In this document: positions 28,821-42,659 of the stretch, piece after piece
Position numbering within the stretch: position 1 is the first letter of the stretch
Layout: each line of letters opens with the position of its first letter
NCBI RefSeq assembly: GCF_009914755.1
Contig: NC_060928.1
Direction: 5' to 3' (one strand)
Length of the DNA: 64,000 nt
DNA from: the human T2T-CHM13v2.0 reference genome, Homo sapiens
The notes under the pieces: model-generated
What the model saw: only the letters and a program-made list of their open reading frames with translations
Databases searched by the model: none
What the model was told of the DNA's origin: nothing
Made by a program: the position numbers and the translations under genes

Positions 28821-29539
28821 AACTTTTCCTACTATAGTACCTTCCAACTACAGAACCTACACAATCATTATAAAGCATAAAGATATAGCCAAAGTGTAAG
28901 ATCATGGCTCCAAATTTGCCCTTGAAAATTTGCAAGAACCAGTACAATATACTATTACATGTATACTTCCATGAAAAACCTCATACCTACAAAAGGTTTA
29001 ATGCTCACAATCTCCTTTGCTTTTCCAGTAGCAGTTAAGCTCAGAAGAGAAAATCTAAAGGTGTTTCTTCATTCATTCAGCTACTTAGCTAGCACAGAAT
29101 GGACATCTAACCCTCTAGGTGCTGAGGACTGTGATTTCCAAGTCTCTTCCCTCTTTATTAAGTAACTCACCTAGCATCATGCCTCAGTGCCATAAGCATT
29201 TCCTTTAACCTCTTTCTTTTCCTATTATTTTTCCAATTTCTACTCTATTAGCCTCAAAGAAACCTCTCTTAATTGTTCTCATTTGTTAACTTCAACCAAG
29301 TAATAACTACTTCTAGTCACTATCTAATGCCCTGGGAAGTTTTTTAAAAAAAATCTCATGTGGCTTGCTGCTCCCATGGCAGGAATACTTTCTGACTTCA
29401 CTAGGCAGACCCAGGAAGAAACAAATGGACAATGTGGATTTTTACAAGAAAGTTGGTCTGGACTCTTCAAAAAGTCAGTATTATTAAAAAAGAAAGGAAG
29501 AGAGAAAGAAAAAGAGAGGAAGAGTGAAAGAGAAACAGG

Positions 29540-29995
29540 ATAAGGGAAACTAATCTAGATTTTTTAAAGAATAAACAGCACATAAGCAAATGCAATATGT
29601 GGACCTTAACTAGATTGTTGTTTGAAAAAAGCTATAAAGGAAGTTTTGAGGACAACTGGAGAATTAAGATATGGACTGAATTTAACACAGTATTATTGTT
29701 CTTTTTTACATATGGTAATTAATACAGTGGTCATGTAAACAACGTCCTTTATTTCTAGGAGATGCATATTAAAGTATGAAGTTTTTAAGAGTGAAATGTC
29801 ATAAGGTCTGAAATTACTTTCAAATGGTCCAGCAGTGCCACACCCCTCTCTAAAATGTACATATTCCACAAGAATATATGTGGCAAAATGTTGGTAATTA
29901 TTGAATCAAGGTTGAAGGTGTTTGGATGTTCACTGTATTATTCATTAAACATTTTTGCATGTTTAAATTTTTCAAAATATAAAACTGGGTTTAAA
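29540..29995 (+). mobile_element. L1ME-type 3' end
   Basis: aaatgcaatatgtggacc...ggcaaaatgttggtaattattgaatc...tttttgcatgtttaaatttttc. Confidence 0.7.
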
Positions 29996-30045
29996 AAGGT
30001 AAGGGAGAGACTAAACCATTGGGCAGTCTATACTTGTTTTCAGAT

Positions 30046-30243
30046 TTCTTTGAAATGGAGTCTCTCTCTGTCGCCCAGGCTGGAGTATAGCGTGATGTCG
30101 GCTCACTACAACCTCTGCCTCCCGGGTTCAAGCAATTCTTGAACCCGGGAGGCAGAGCTTTCAGTGAGCCAAGATCGCGCCACCGCACTCCAGCCTGGGC
30201 GACAGAGTGAGACTCCGTCTCTAAAAGAAAAAAAAAAAAAAAA
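30046..30243. mobile_element. Head-to-head fusion of two Alu right-arm ends forming a palindrome
   Basis: ctctgcctcccgggttcaag-caatt-cttgaacccgggaggcagag (30113-30157) inside ~85-bp imperfect arms. Confidence 0.93.
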
Positions 30244-30801
30244 TCAATGTGATGTGGCCATACAAACATCAGGCTCTATTTAATAAATCAAAAGTCTATA
30301 GAAAAAGGAAAAAAGTTTCACAACAGAAGATAAAGTGGTGATTAAAAAGATTAGTGTTTCTAAGACTGAAATTTTAAGTATCACTTCTTCAAATGAAAGA
30401 AAATTGAATTAGATTTTAAAATCCCAAAACTCTATTTAGTAATACAATTTTATTTTGCTACGTATTTTTTTCTGATTATAAAAACTTTTTATACTTTGTA
30501 ATTTAAACTTCACATCAAGTATCTTTACTCATTTACATTTTCCTGAGTTCCCTTCCAGCTTTTTAAACTCTCTCAACACATGTTTTCTTTCTAATACATT
30601 TGACACAGACTTTCATTTCTGGGTGATGTTTTTCTAAATCATAAAATTTGCAACATTATTTTCCTCAAATAGTCTAAAGCCTAAAATCTAGTCATAAATC
30701 TATGCAGTTCCAGAAGTTTTCGTAATAAAAAGGAGGTATATTATAAAACAGAACTTTCAGCTCAGTATCCTGGTAACAGCATCCTAAGAGCATAAGCTTA
30801 A

Positions 30802-30863
30802 ACCTTCCCCTTTGCCATAATCAATTCAACAGACCTTCCCCTCTGCCATAATCAATTCAACAG
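30802..30863. repeat. 31-bp tandem duplication (2 copies, 1 mismatch)
   Basis: accttcccct(t/c)tgccataatcaattcaacag x2. Confidence 0.95.
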
Positions 30864-31333
30864 AGTTTTTTCTAAGAAAAAAATTATCAATTGTTCAAAG
30901 ATAAGAATGCCTTCCCCAGTCCACTACAGGCATACCAAAAGAAAGTCTTAAATTTTTGTATGATTTCTGCTAACCCTGCTAACAAGTAAAAAGGAATACC
31001 ACGTAGAAATCCTATTAAATTATGTTTACTTAATTTCTGTATACTATGACTTAAACGTCCAAATCTAGTGAGAGTTAAAAATGTCTCAACATTTCTAACA
31101 ATGAGGTGTTTGTTTACTATTAAATGTATTCTATTTACAGTAATTCACAAATAATAATTAAACAACTACTTATAAAAATAAACCACTTGTAAAATCACGT
31201 AAAAATCATGTCATCATATGCTTAAGAAGTCATGCTCCATCTAACCTAATGAAGTTTTTAAAAACAACCTTTTCTCCATGAACTTGAGATATTCTTAGAC
31301 TAAATTTACTAAAGAAATGTTATTCCATATGTT

Positions 31334-31361
31334 ACACACACACACACAGACACACACACAC
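31334..31361. repeat. (CA)n microsatellite
   Basis: Direct reading. Confidence 0.9.
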
Positions 31362-31481
31362 CTTATAGATTAACTCATACAGATAATGCCAACTAGGTCA
31401 AATTTCACTTCCAGAAACACAACTATACAGCCTTCCATAAGAAGAATTACAGAAAGAACCCATAAAATAAGTTTCCAAATA

Positions 31482-32530
31482 TGATGGTGGTTGATTTGGA
31501 GTATCAACATGACTGGATTAAGGGATACCCAGTGAAATGGTTTGGCTTTGTGTCCCCACCCAAATTTCACCTTGAATTGTAATCCCCATAATCCCCATGT
31601 GTCAAGGGCGGGGCCAGGTGGAGGTAATTGGATCATGGCGGAGGTTTCCCCCATGCTGTTGTTGTGATAATGAGTGAGTCTCAGGGGATCTGATGGTTTT
31701 ATAAGTGTCTGGCATTTCCTCTGCTGGCATTCATTCTCTCTCCTGCTGCCCTGTGAAGATGTGCCTTCAGCCATGATTGTAAGTTTCCTGAGGCCTCCCC
31801 AGCCATGTGGAACTGTGAATTAATTAAAGCTCTTTTCTTTATAAATTACCCAGTCTCAGGTATTTTCTCATAGCAATGTGAGAATGGACTAATATACCCA
31901 GATAGCTGGTAAAGCAGTAATTATTCTCAATGCTTCAGCAGGCATTGAGCTCATCCCATTTCTGCTGAAAGACAAAACCAGGTGGTATGGAATTTGTTTA
32001 GAATGATTGGGGTGTCCCAGGTGTGTCTGTGAAGGTGTTTCCAAAGGAGATTGACATTTCAGTCAGTGGACTGAGTAAGGAAGATCTGCCCTCAATATGA
32101 GTGGGCACTGTCAAATCAGCTGGGGACCCAGATGGAACAAAAAAGCAGAAGAAGGGTGAACTTGCCCTCTTTTCTGAAGCCAGGATGCCCTTCATCGTCT
32201 GTCCCTGAACATCAGAGCTCTTTGTTCTCTAGCCTTTGGATTCTGGGACTAGCATCAACCCCTCTCCCTCCTCCGTGCTTGACTCTCGAGCCCTCGGCCT
32301 TGGACTGAGAGTTACAGCATTGGCTTCCTTGGTTCTGAGGCCTTTGGACTTGGACTGAGTCATGCTACCAGCTTCCCTGGTTCTCCAGCTTCCAGACAGC
32401 CTATGGTGAGACTTCTCAGTCTCCATAATTGACTAAGCCAATTCCCCTAATAAATTCTTTCTCATATATATCACTATCTAAATATATATTCAATCGATAG
32501 CCTGTCTCTCGGGTAACCCTGACTAAAACA
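31482..32530 (+). mobile_element. MLT2B-type (ERVL) LTR with nested THE1D
   Basis: gtatcaacatgactggattaagggata...gagattgacatt...aaccctgactaaaaca. Confidence 0.85.
31533..31896 (+). mobile_element. THE1D-like solo LTR
   Basis: tgaaatggtttggctttgtgtcccc...ggactaatata; TSD cccag (31528-32, 31897-901). Confidence 0.9.
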
Positions 32531-32915
32531 CTATGGATTTTTCCATCAGTGTAAATGGTAAGAACTGCTAGCTGGATGATATGGTATATATGATTGTACC
32601 ACTACATTCTGTAAAAGTAACTGTAATTGAGCAGTACCCTTGGCCAGTTTGGTGTATTAAATATCCTCACATATGGCAGCTAATTCCTAATACTTTATAA
32701 TACCTTAGTTGTTGAAAATGACCACAAACAAGTTGATAAAATTAAGGTAATCTTAATAACCTCAGACCTCTTACTCTTAAATTTTTTTAGGGAAATGAGA
32801 TTAGACCTCTGCATATTTTATGAGAAATATCATGTTAATAACGTAGCGAAGTGAAAAGTCACACGCCACTTGAATAAGTCTACACAGGACCAAAACATAT
32901 CTCATTTTATACATA

Positions 32916-34198
<1,283 letters not shown>

Positions 34199-34879
34199 AC
34201 ATATACTTAATTCAAAATAACTTCTATCAACAATACCAAAATTAGCCTCCATTTAGGACTCAAGTAGATGCCCAAAGGTCTTTATTAAGAAAAAAGATAT
34301 TAGTCCATACCGGAAAATCTTAGGACCACAGATATTTTAGTGAGCTGGGACCTCTGCAGTCATATAATCTAATCTACTCATTTCAGAAATTGATGATGAT
34401 AATAATAATGATGTGCCAGGAACACATACATTAATTCTTTATAATAATACCATGAGCTACCACTATCATCCACTCCTTTTTTAAGATGTAGAAATTGATG
34501 TCCAGAAGTAAAGGTCACAAAGCTAGTACGTGGCGATGCCGGATCTGAATAAATTGAGGTGCACAGAGAAAAAGTAATTTACCCAAAATCACAGTTGGCA
34601 GCTCAGCTGGGTACCTAATAGTATGTCTCCTATATTCAAATCTTTTTTCTCAAAAAGTCAAATGAAAAAAGTTTCCTTTCTCAAAATATCTTATTGCACT
34701 GTACCATTTTATTCATGATAGTCAAATAAATGTCCATCAACTGATGAAAGGATATACAAACTGTGGACTATCCAAACAATGAAATACTACCCAGCATTAA
34801 AAGGATCAGAAGTTTTATCCTTTTTAATTCTGGGTAACACAGATGAATGCAATAACATGGATATAACTTTAAAGTATTA

Positions 34880-35195
34880 CAATATTCCCCCTTTATCCAT
34901 GATTTCACCCTCCACGGTTCATTACCCACAATCCAAAAATATTATATACAGTAAGATATTTTGATAGAAACCACATTCACATAACTTTCACTGCAATATT
35001 TGTTATTATAATTGTTATATTTTATTAGTAGTTATTATTGTTAATCTCTTACTGTGTCTAATGTATAAATTATACTTTGTTACAGGCAAGTATGTATAGA
35101 AAAAACATAGTATACATAGGGTTCCCTAGTATCTGTGGTTTCAGTCTTCCACTGGGGGTCTTGGAACATATCCCTCTCTGATAAGGGGAGACTAT
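34880..35195 (+). mobile_element. MER44A (Tigger family)
   Basis: cccctttatcc...ccactgggggtcttggaacatatcc...gataaggggagacta. Confidence 0.85.
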
Positions 35196-36286
35196 CGCAC
35201 ATGTGGAAGAAGTACTACTATATCTTATTATTAGTTATCCACATTTCAGTAGGAATAAGTGAGACCTTTTTCAGAGAACAGTCTTTAAAACAAAGAAAGC
35301 CAATGCAAAGCTTTTAAATTACCATGCCCTAAGCCACAATTTGTCTAAAGGTATCTGATTGAGGAATCAGAGTCTGTTCCGGCAAATCAGTATTGAGTGC
35401 TTAGTTAGCCTTTCTTTGGGATCTGGATTATAAGGTATTATGCTTGGGAGGCAGTGGCAAGCAGGCTTCACCTCACAAAGAACAGCAATGTGATGATAGC
35501 TAGTTCCCAAAGAGAGAAAGAAGAATGAGATGAACATGCAGAGAAGAGACACTCTGCTGAGAGCCTGCGGGAAATCTGATTGTCTTTAGTCCTGGGTTCT
35601 TATTTGCAGTCCAGCTGCATTTCTGTTCTTGGATCCTGTGGCATCTCCTGGGACACTCCAAAAGTTTTCCCATTTTTGGTTAAAATAATTTGATTACTTG
35701 CAATCAACAGAGAAACAACATGATCAAAAAGGTACCCTCTCTAAAGCTGAAGAACATTATTGAAAAACTAATAACCTCATGTAAAAAATAAACTTTTTAA
35801 TAACAACAAAGTAAAGTAAAGCATTAAAACTAAGGGTAGCCACAGTACTCTCAAGGGCCTCACAAGACAGTTTAATCCTTAAACTAGTCACTCAAAGAAA
35901 CTACAATACAATGGATTAAAGAGTTTCAAAGCATGTGCTTTAAAAACAACTACATTTTTCCAGGAAAAAACAAGAGGAAATTATGCTTTAAAAATATGAC
36001 TTTCATCATCTGTAGGTACCTACAAGAAAAGTAATATTGATTTAAAGCCAAAATTGAAACTGAAGATAACTTATTCTAATGTAGCCCTGTTTTGGTGCAG
36101 AAAACTAAGAGCCAACAAGCAAAGAAGGCTTGCCCAAGCTTACCAGTCATCAGTGGTAAAGGACGGTTGAAACCCAACTCCTGAATCACAAGTCACTGGT
36201 CTTGCTGCTGCACAATAACGCAGCAAAGACAATCACAATTCTGTTCCTGGCTCCTTTTTCAACAAAAAAAAAATCCTAAAACTGAC

Positions 36287-36380
36287 CTGATTCTCTGTTC
36301 TGGGCTGGCATGAACCTGCTTAGAAATGATAAGAATGGCAGGCACTTTCTTCCTGAAGCAGACGTGGAGAAGTATTATAC
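36287..36380 (-). other. WDFY3: Non-coding 5'UTR exon 2 (94 nt)
   Basis: Minus strand: ttttcttttcctttccttcatcag|GTATAATACTTCTCC...CAGAGAATCAG|gtcagt. Confidence 0.9.
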
Positions 36381-36579
36381 CTGATGAAGGAAAGGAAAAG
36401 AAAACTCAGTTTATGTTCAGAATATACATCATGAGTCATTCATTTTCTACTGATTCTCTTTACCTCCTTACTTGTTGTCTTGCTTGTTTAATAATGGAAC
36501 ATATAGCACTTTATTTAAAATAGATTAAATTTGCTATTAAAGATCCATGAAAAATATAAAGTTATTTAAAGCTGGTCTC

Positions 36580-36730
36580 TACAGACCATCTGATTTCACT
36601 TCTTCATTTTACTGATAAGGAAACTTTGACCTGGAGAAATTATGCAAAGAATCAATGACAACACAGCTACTTAGTGTTAGAGCCAGATTCAGAACTCAAC
36701 CCTTACCACTTCCAGTCCAGTACTCATTTG
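36580..36730 (-). mobile_element. MIR fragment
   Basis: cttcattttactgataaggaaact...gagccagattcagaactc. Confidence 0.6.
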
Positions 36731-37400
36731 TATATCACAGACCACACAGCCTCTTTTCTTGGAGAAAAAATTCATGCTATTTCTCTAGGTGTATTTTTCA
36801 TGCATCTCAAGATAAATGCGGTATAGAGCTGAATTGATTTGTTCTAAATTAAAATTTTAAAAATTGCTGCCTCATTCAAAGGTCATACTCTAGTCTCAAG
36901 TTATTTGGGTTGCCTTATACAGGATATATAAATGTTTCCTTTCATTTACCAGTCAATATTTCAATATGAAAACATTAGCATATGAATCATGAGATCTAGT
37001 TTCTTAGGCCTCTAGTAACTCTGCTCTCAACAAGTTCTATAGTGTAGTCAAACACATTTTGGTCCTAAAGTTCTTTAATTCAAAAAGGAGGAGCCTGGAC
37101 TAATTCCTAGGGGCCTTCTAACTCTAAAATGTTATACCAAAGAATAGCATCATCTTTAATGACATTCGCCTTTTCAGATGAGCTATGTGTTTTTGTTATG
37201 TAACTTTATTTGTTAAACTCTTTAATCGTATTATTATAGTTCAAACAAAATCATTCAAAATCATTGAAGGCAATATTGCCTTCAATAGACAGGTAATTAT
37301 TCAAAAACCTAACCAATAATAACCTAGTTTTGCTGGTTTATCTCATTACCTGGCTGGTTCTATTACAGAAACCCAGCTAGAAGTAGGAGAAAAATCCCTC

Positions 37401-38388
37401 TTTTTAATTTTTATTTTTAATTTTTACCTGTACATAGTAAATATACAGATTTATAGGGTACATGAGATGTTTTAATACAGGCATACAATGTGTAATAATC
37501 ACATCAGGGTAAATGGGGTGTCCATCATCTCAAGCATTTATTATTTTTTTGTGTTATGAACATTCCAATTATACTTATTTTTTAATGTACAAATTATTAA
37601 CTGTCACCCTATTGTGCTACCAAATACTAGATCTTATACATTCTTTCTAACTATGCTTTTGAACCCATTAACTATCCCCACTCTTGCCCCACCCACTACC
37701 CTGCCCAGCTTCTGGTAACCATCACTCTATTCTCTATTTATGAGTTCAATTGTTTTAATTTTTAGCTCCCAGAAATGAGTGAAGACATGCAAAGTTTGTC
37801 TTTCTGCACCTGGCTTATTCTGCTTAACATAATGTCCTCCAGTTTCATCTATGTTGTTGCAAATGACAGGATCTCATTCTTTTTTATGGCTGAATAGTAT
37901 TCCAATGTGTATATACCACAATTTCTTTATCCATTTGTCTGCTGATAGACACTTAGTTTGCATCCGAATCTTGGTTATTGGTAACAGTGCTCATAAATAT
38001 GGGAGTGTAGATATCTCTTTGATACACTGATTTCCTTTCTTTTGGGTATAAACCTGGTAGTGGGGCTGCTGGATCACATGGCAGTTCTATTTTCAGGTTT
38101 TTAGGAACCTCCATACTGTTCTCTATAATGTCTGTACTGATTTGCATTCCTATCAACAGTGTACGAGGGTTCCCTTTTCTCCACATCCTTGTCAGCATTT
38201 GTTATTGCCTGTCTTTTGCATAAAAGCCATTTTAATGGGACGAGTTGATACCTCATTGCGGTTTTGATTTGAATTTCTTTGATGATCAATGACACTGAGC
38301 ACCTTTTAATGCATGTTTGTTTGCCATATGTATGTCTTCTTTTGAGAAATGTCTATTCTGATCTTTTGCTCATTTTTTAAATCAGATT
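37401..38388 (-). mobile_element. L1MA (MA2/3-like) 3' end
   Basis: ggtacatgagatgttttaatacaggcatacaatg...gatctcattcttttttatggctgaatagta...gagaaatgtctattc. Confidence 0.9.
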
Positions 38389-38659
38389 AAGGAAAAGTAC
38401 TCTTTAAAAGTCTACCTCTTGGGTAGTTTCTAAGAAATATCCTGAATTATTTCCTCAAATCATTGATCTAGTTATTCATCCAATAAGTTTTTACTGAGTC
38501 ACTTGCCAGATGGCAGATACATACAAGCTTAATGAGACAGAAAGCTTTAAAACAAGATAATTCTAGTGAAATACTGAGTGCTGTTAGGAATTCAGGTGGC
38601 AGTAGAGAGTAGGCAGAATTAATGACATGTCTCCTAAATTATGACTTCAGATTATAGCT

Positions 38660-39635
38660 TATCTTTTAATATATTAATTATTACATACAACAATTATTTG
38701 GAACATTTTAAATTCAAAGCAAAATAATAGAATGAACATCCAGATACCTGTCACCCAACTCAAGAACCTAAGGGTAAGTTATTGGTATTGTTCTACTAAT
38801 TTGTTCCTCCTCCATTCCATGCTCCACCTCTCTTATCCCCACCACCCCCTGTAACCGCAATCCTGTATTTTGTATTTATCATTACTTTGCTTTTTAAACA
38901 GTATATCACATAGGTACATCTTCCTGAACAATATAGTGTTCCATTTTGCTTGGTTCTGAAATCTATCAAAACGGTATCAAAATCTATCCTCCTGTCTTGT
39001 AGGATTTGGTTTTTTAATTCAATATTACGTTTCTAAAACTCACCCAACGTTGTTGCATATAGTTGTAGTTCATTCATTTTCACTGCAGAATAATACTGCA
39101 TTGTACAAATATATCACAATTTAATTATCCGTTCTCTTGTCAATAGCTTATTTTCCCCTCCAAGTTTTGTTTTGCTATTATGAACATTTATGTTATGAAA
39201 GTTCTGACATGTGTCATGTTCCACATGTGTCCGAGTTTCTCTTAAGTACATGCCTAAGAGTTAGGGAGTAATCTTAAATTTAACTTTTCATGATGATGCC
39301 AATTTTTACTTTCCCTAAAGTGTGTTTGGCAATTTATAACTTCACTACCAAAAGGTAGTAGCAGAACTACCACATCTACAGCCTCTCCAACGTGTAGTAA
39401 TGCCAACTTTTTAATGCTGGGTATAGAATGGCATCTAATTGTGGTCTTAGTTCGCACTTCCTTGTCAATTAATGATGCTGAGTATTTCTTCATGTTTCTT
39501 GGCTATCTCATATTTTCTCTCGTATGAAATGCCTATTCATATATTTTACCCATTTTCCTCCTGACTTATTTGCCATTTTCATATTGTTTCATGTGTATTT
39601 TATATGTATTTGGATGCCCATTACTTGGTTTTACC
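38660..39635 (-). mobile_element. Old L1M (ME-like) fragment
   Basis: ttgtagttcattcattttcactgc...ggcatctaattgtggtcttag...tgaaatgcctattcat. Confidence 0.75.
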
Positions 39636-40254
39636 AGTCTTGACCAAAAACAGGCAATTGTTGAGATAAGGGAGCAGAAGCAAAAATAGCAGGCGGCCAG
39701 AAAACTGGCAACAGCAAGTTAGAGTACCAATGATTTCCTCAACCCATTTTTTAATATAAATGTAATCTACAGACATCTTAAAGTATCAGAAATCTAAAAT
39801 ATTATAAAATCAATCTAGATTTACAATCTTTCATTTTAATATAAACTCAGCCAAGAACAAATGCTACAAAATGATTTCAGTACATTCTAACTACAATATG
39901 TAATATAGTATAATTCTCAGGAATCAAGTTTTACACAGGTCACAATTAAGACCACAATTTAAAGTTCCCATTTTGACCCTGACATTTTACATATTTTTAC
40001 TTCATGCTTTCCTTGCCTCCAATTTAGAGTAAGTCAGTTACATTGTCAGAGGATTAAGTTTAAATGTATATGCACATATGTATAAAAACTAAATTTTGAA
40101 ATTAAACTGTGTACATTGAAATGCCACAGAAACCTGAATTCCAGACTTAGCTAGATGATTAGCTATATCTCCCTGGCCTATCTATGTCTTCTGAGTTGGT
40201 TTTCTTATATTAATACTTAAAATGGAAATTGTGCTGGGTCTTATCATACTCTTT

Positions 40255-40549
40255 GGGTGGGGAGTGGTGGCTCACGCCTGTAATCTCAGCTCTTTGTGAG
40301 GCTGAGGCAGGACTATCACTTGAGAACAGCAGTTTGATACCACACTGGGCAACATAGTGAGACCCCATCTCTACAAAAAATTTAAAAATTAGCTGGGCAT
40401 GGTGGCAAACACCTGTAGTCCTAGGTACTTAGGAGTCTGAGGCAGGAGGATCACTTAAGTCCAGGAGATTGAGGCCACAGTGAGCTATGAACGTGCCACT
40501 GCCCTTCAGCCTGGGTGACATAGCAAGACCCTGTCTCTTTTAAAAAAAA
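40255..40549 (+). mobile_element. AluJ
   Basis: gggcaacatagtgagacccc, ggaggatcactt, gagctatga. Confidence 0.92.
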
Positions 40550-40769
40550 TTATTTGGCTTGAAGATCAATGAGAAAATTTTTTTCCAAATAGCCCAGAAA
40601 GATTTTGTGGAGTCTCTTTCCAAACTTTATACAAAGTAGCCAGTTAAACTAAATAATAACAAAAAATAAATTTTCAAAATTTTTAACAAGCAGTTTTAGA
40701 GTCCTCCTAAGGCCTCCCAGGACTCCTGCCAGGTAATCTGATGAAATGCATCATACAAGAAAAAAAAAA

Positions 40770-42240
40770 TTCAAAAGCCACAGGCAATCAGAAGAGAACT
40801 TCCAGAATCTCTCATGACATTTACCTCCCCACCTGAATCTGTACCCTTTCACTGAATTTCAGGATTCACATCAAAATCTAACCCCTCTACTTTGCTACTA
40901 GATGTTACATGCCTAGAACACCAATGTCATTGCTCTAGGAAATCCCACTTCTCTCTCCTACGTCATCAATTTCCTCCTTCCAATAAAGCAAAATCACTGG
41001 CAAATACATTTCCAATCATTAGAAAACAAACAACAAAACCTCTCGACTCCTTATATGCCTCTAGATGATGGCCAATATCTTTGATTCCTTTTTTAGCAAA
41101 ACATCACAAGCTTGTACTCCTTGTCTACAATTATACTTCCATTCAAATTTAACACACTCCAATTAGACTTTTACTACACAACATCACTGAAATTCAAGGT
41201 CATCAATTACCTGAATATTGTTAAATCCAAAGGCCTATTAGTTCTCATCTTTCTTGACTTATCTGCAGCATTTGGCATGACATATCACATGCTGATACAC
41301 TTTCTTTTATTGGCTTCCAGAACCAACTCTATTGGTTTCATCCTATCTCATCGACCTCTCCTTGTCAGCGTTCTTTCCTAGTTCCTCCTCTTCTCCCTGA
41401 CCTTTAAAGTTTAGGTTGTTAGCCTTCTTCTCTAACCCACTGGCAAGTACTATTGACTTTATCTACAAAAATACTGAGAATCTGACCACTTCTCGCCACT
41501 TGCATAGTTACTATTTTGGTCAAAGTCTGTATTGTCCCTCACTTGGATTTTTGCCATAGGTTAGTAACTGGTCTCCCAACTTCTACCCTTGTCCTATTTT
41601 CAAGTCCTTTCTCATCGAAGTAGCCAGAGTGATCCAGACAACCTAACATAAATCATAAATCGTATAACATCTGCTCCCAAAATCTCCCAGTGGCTTCCCA
41701 TCTCACTCAGAGTAGGCCATTTTTTTAAAAAATGACATAAAAGAACCTATAAAATTTGGCCCCTATTACCCCTGACTTCATTTCCTACCAACTTCCTTGC
41801 CATTCTTTTTACAGGCCAGGCACATCCTTGCCTTGGGGCCTTTATACTTGCTATTCTCTCCCTATATGCTTTTCCAAGAGATGATTACAGTAGACCCTTC
41901 CTTATCTGTGTGGGTTGGGGGTTGGATATGTTCCAAGACCCCCAGTACATTTTTCCCCATGCATATATACCTGTGATAAAATTTAATTTATAAATTAGGC
42001 ATAGTACTCTTATGCTTTGGGGCCATTATTAAGTAAAATAAGGGTTATTTGGATATAAGCACTGCGATACTCTGACAGGTGTATTTCCCTTCTATTCCTA
42101 TTTGTCTATGTCCTTCCATGAAAATGTAAAATCTATGAGGGCAATGGTTTTGTTTAGTTTAATGCTACAGCTCCAATGCCTAAAAAAGAATCTGGCACAT
42201 AGCAGGCATCCAATTAACATTTTTTAAAATAAATAAACAG
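40770..42240 (+). mobile_element. L2a with nested MER44 fragment (~41888-42078)
   Basis: caaggtcatcaattacc...cttgacttatctgcagcatttg...ctggcacatagcaggcatccaat. Confidence 0.8.
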
Positions 42241-42659
42241 TTACTCTCTTAAGGCTAAAAATGGGAATCTTTCCTAGTTTATAAAACAAGATAATCTAAA
42301 TAATTGGGGGACAACAACTAGATTTTTGATGTAAAAGAATCATTCTAAAATTTCTTCAAAAGATAATTGATAATGATGATAACCTCAAAATATTTTATTA
42401 GACATTGTAACTGATACTTCCATAAATTTGATAAATTAACAAATAGTTCCCCTTATTATTAGGTTTTAGACTCTGGCCGTCCACAGAATGACTCATTTCT
42501 TTCCCACTAACTGCTGTCATATTTAACAATGGTTGGCATGCAGGGCCGTAACACCAGCACACAGGAAAATATTACAAAAATGTTCATTCCAAACTGGTTC
42601 CAGAGAAAGAACCAAGCTCTTTATAAATGAGGAAAGTCTAAAAATAAAGGGCAGATATT

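Noticed and set aside
29165-29335. Possible exon ending TAG|gtgagt
   Set aside because: Acceptor is weak and interrupted by an A run; no other support
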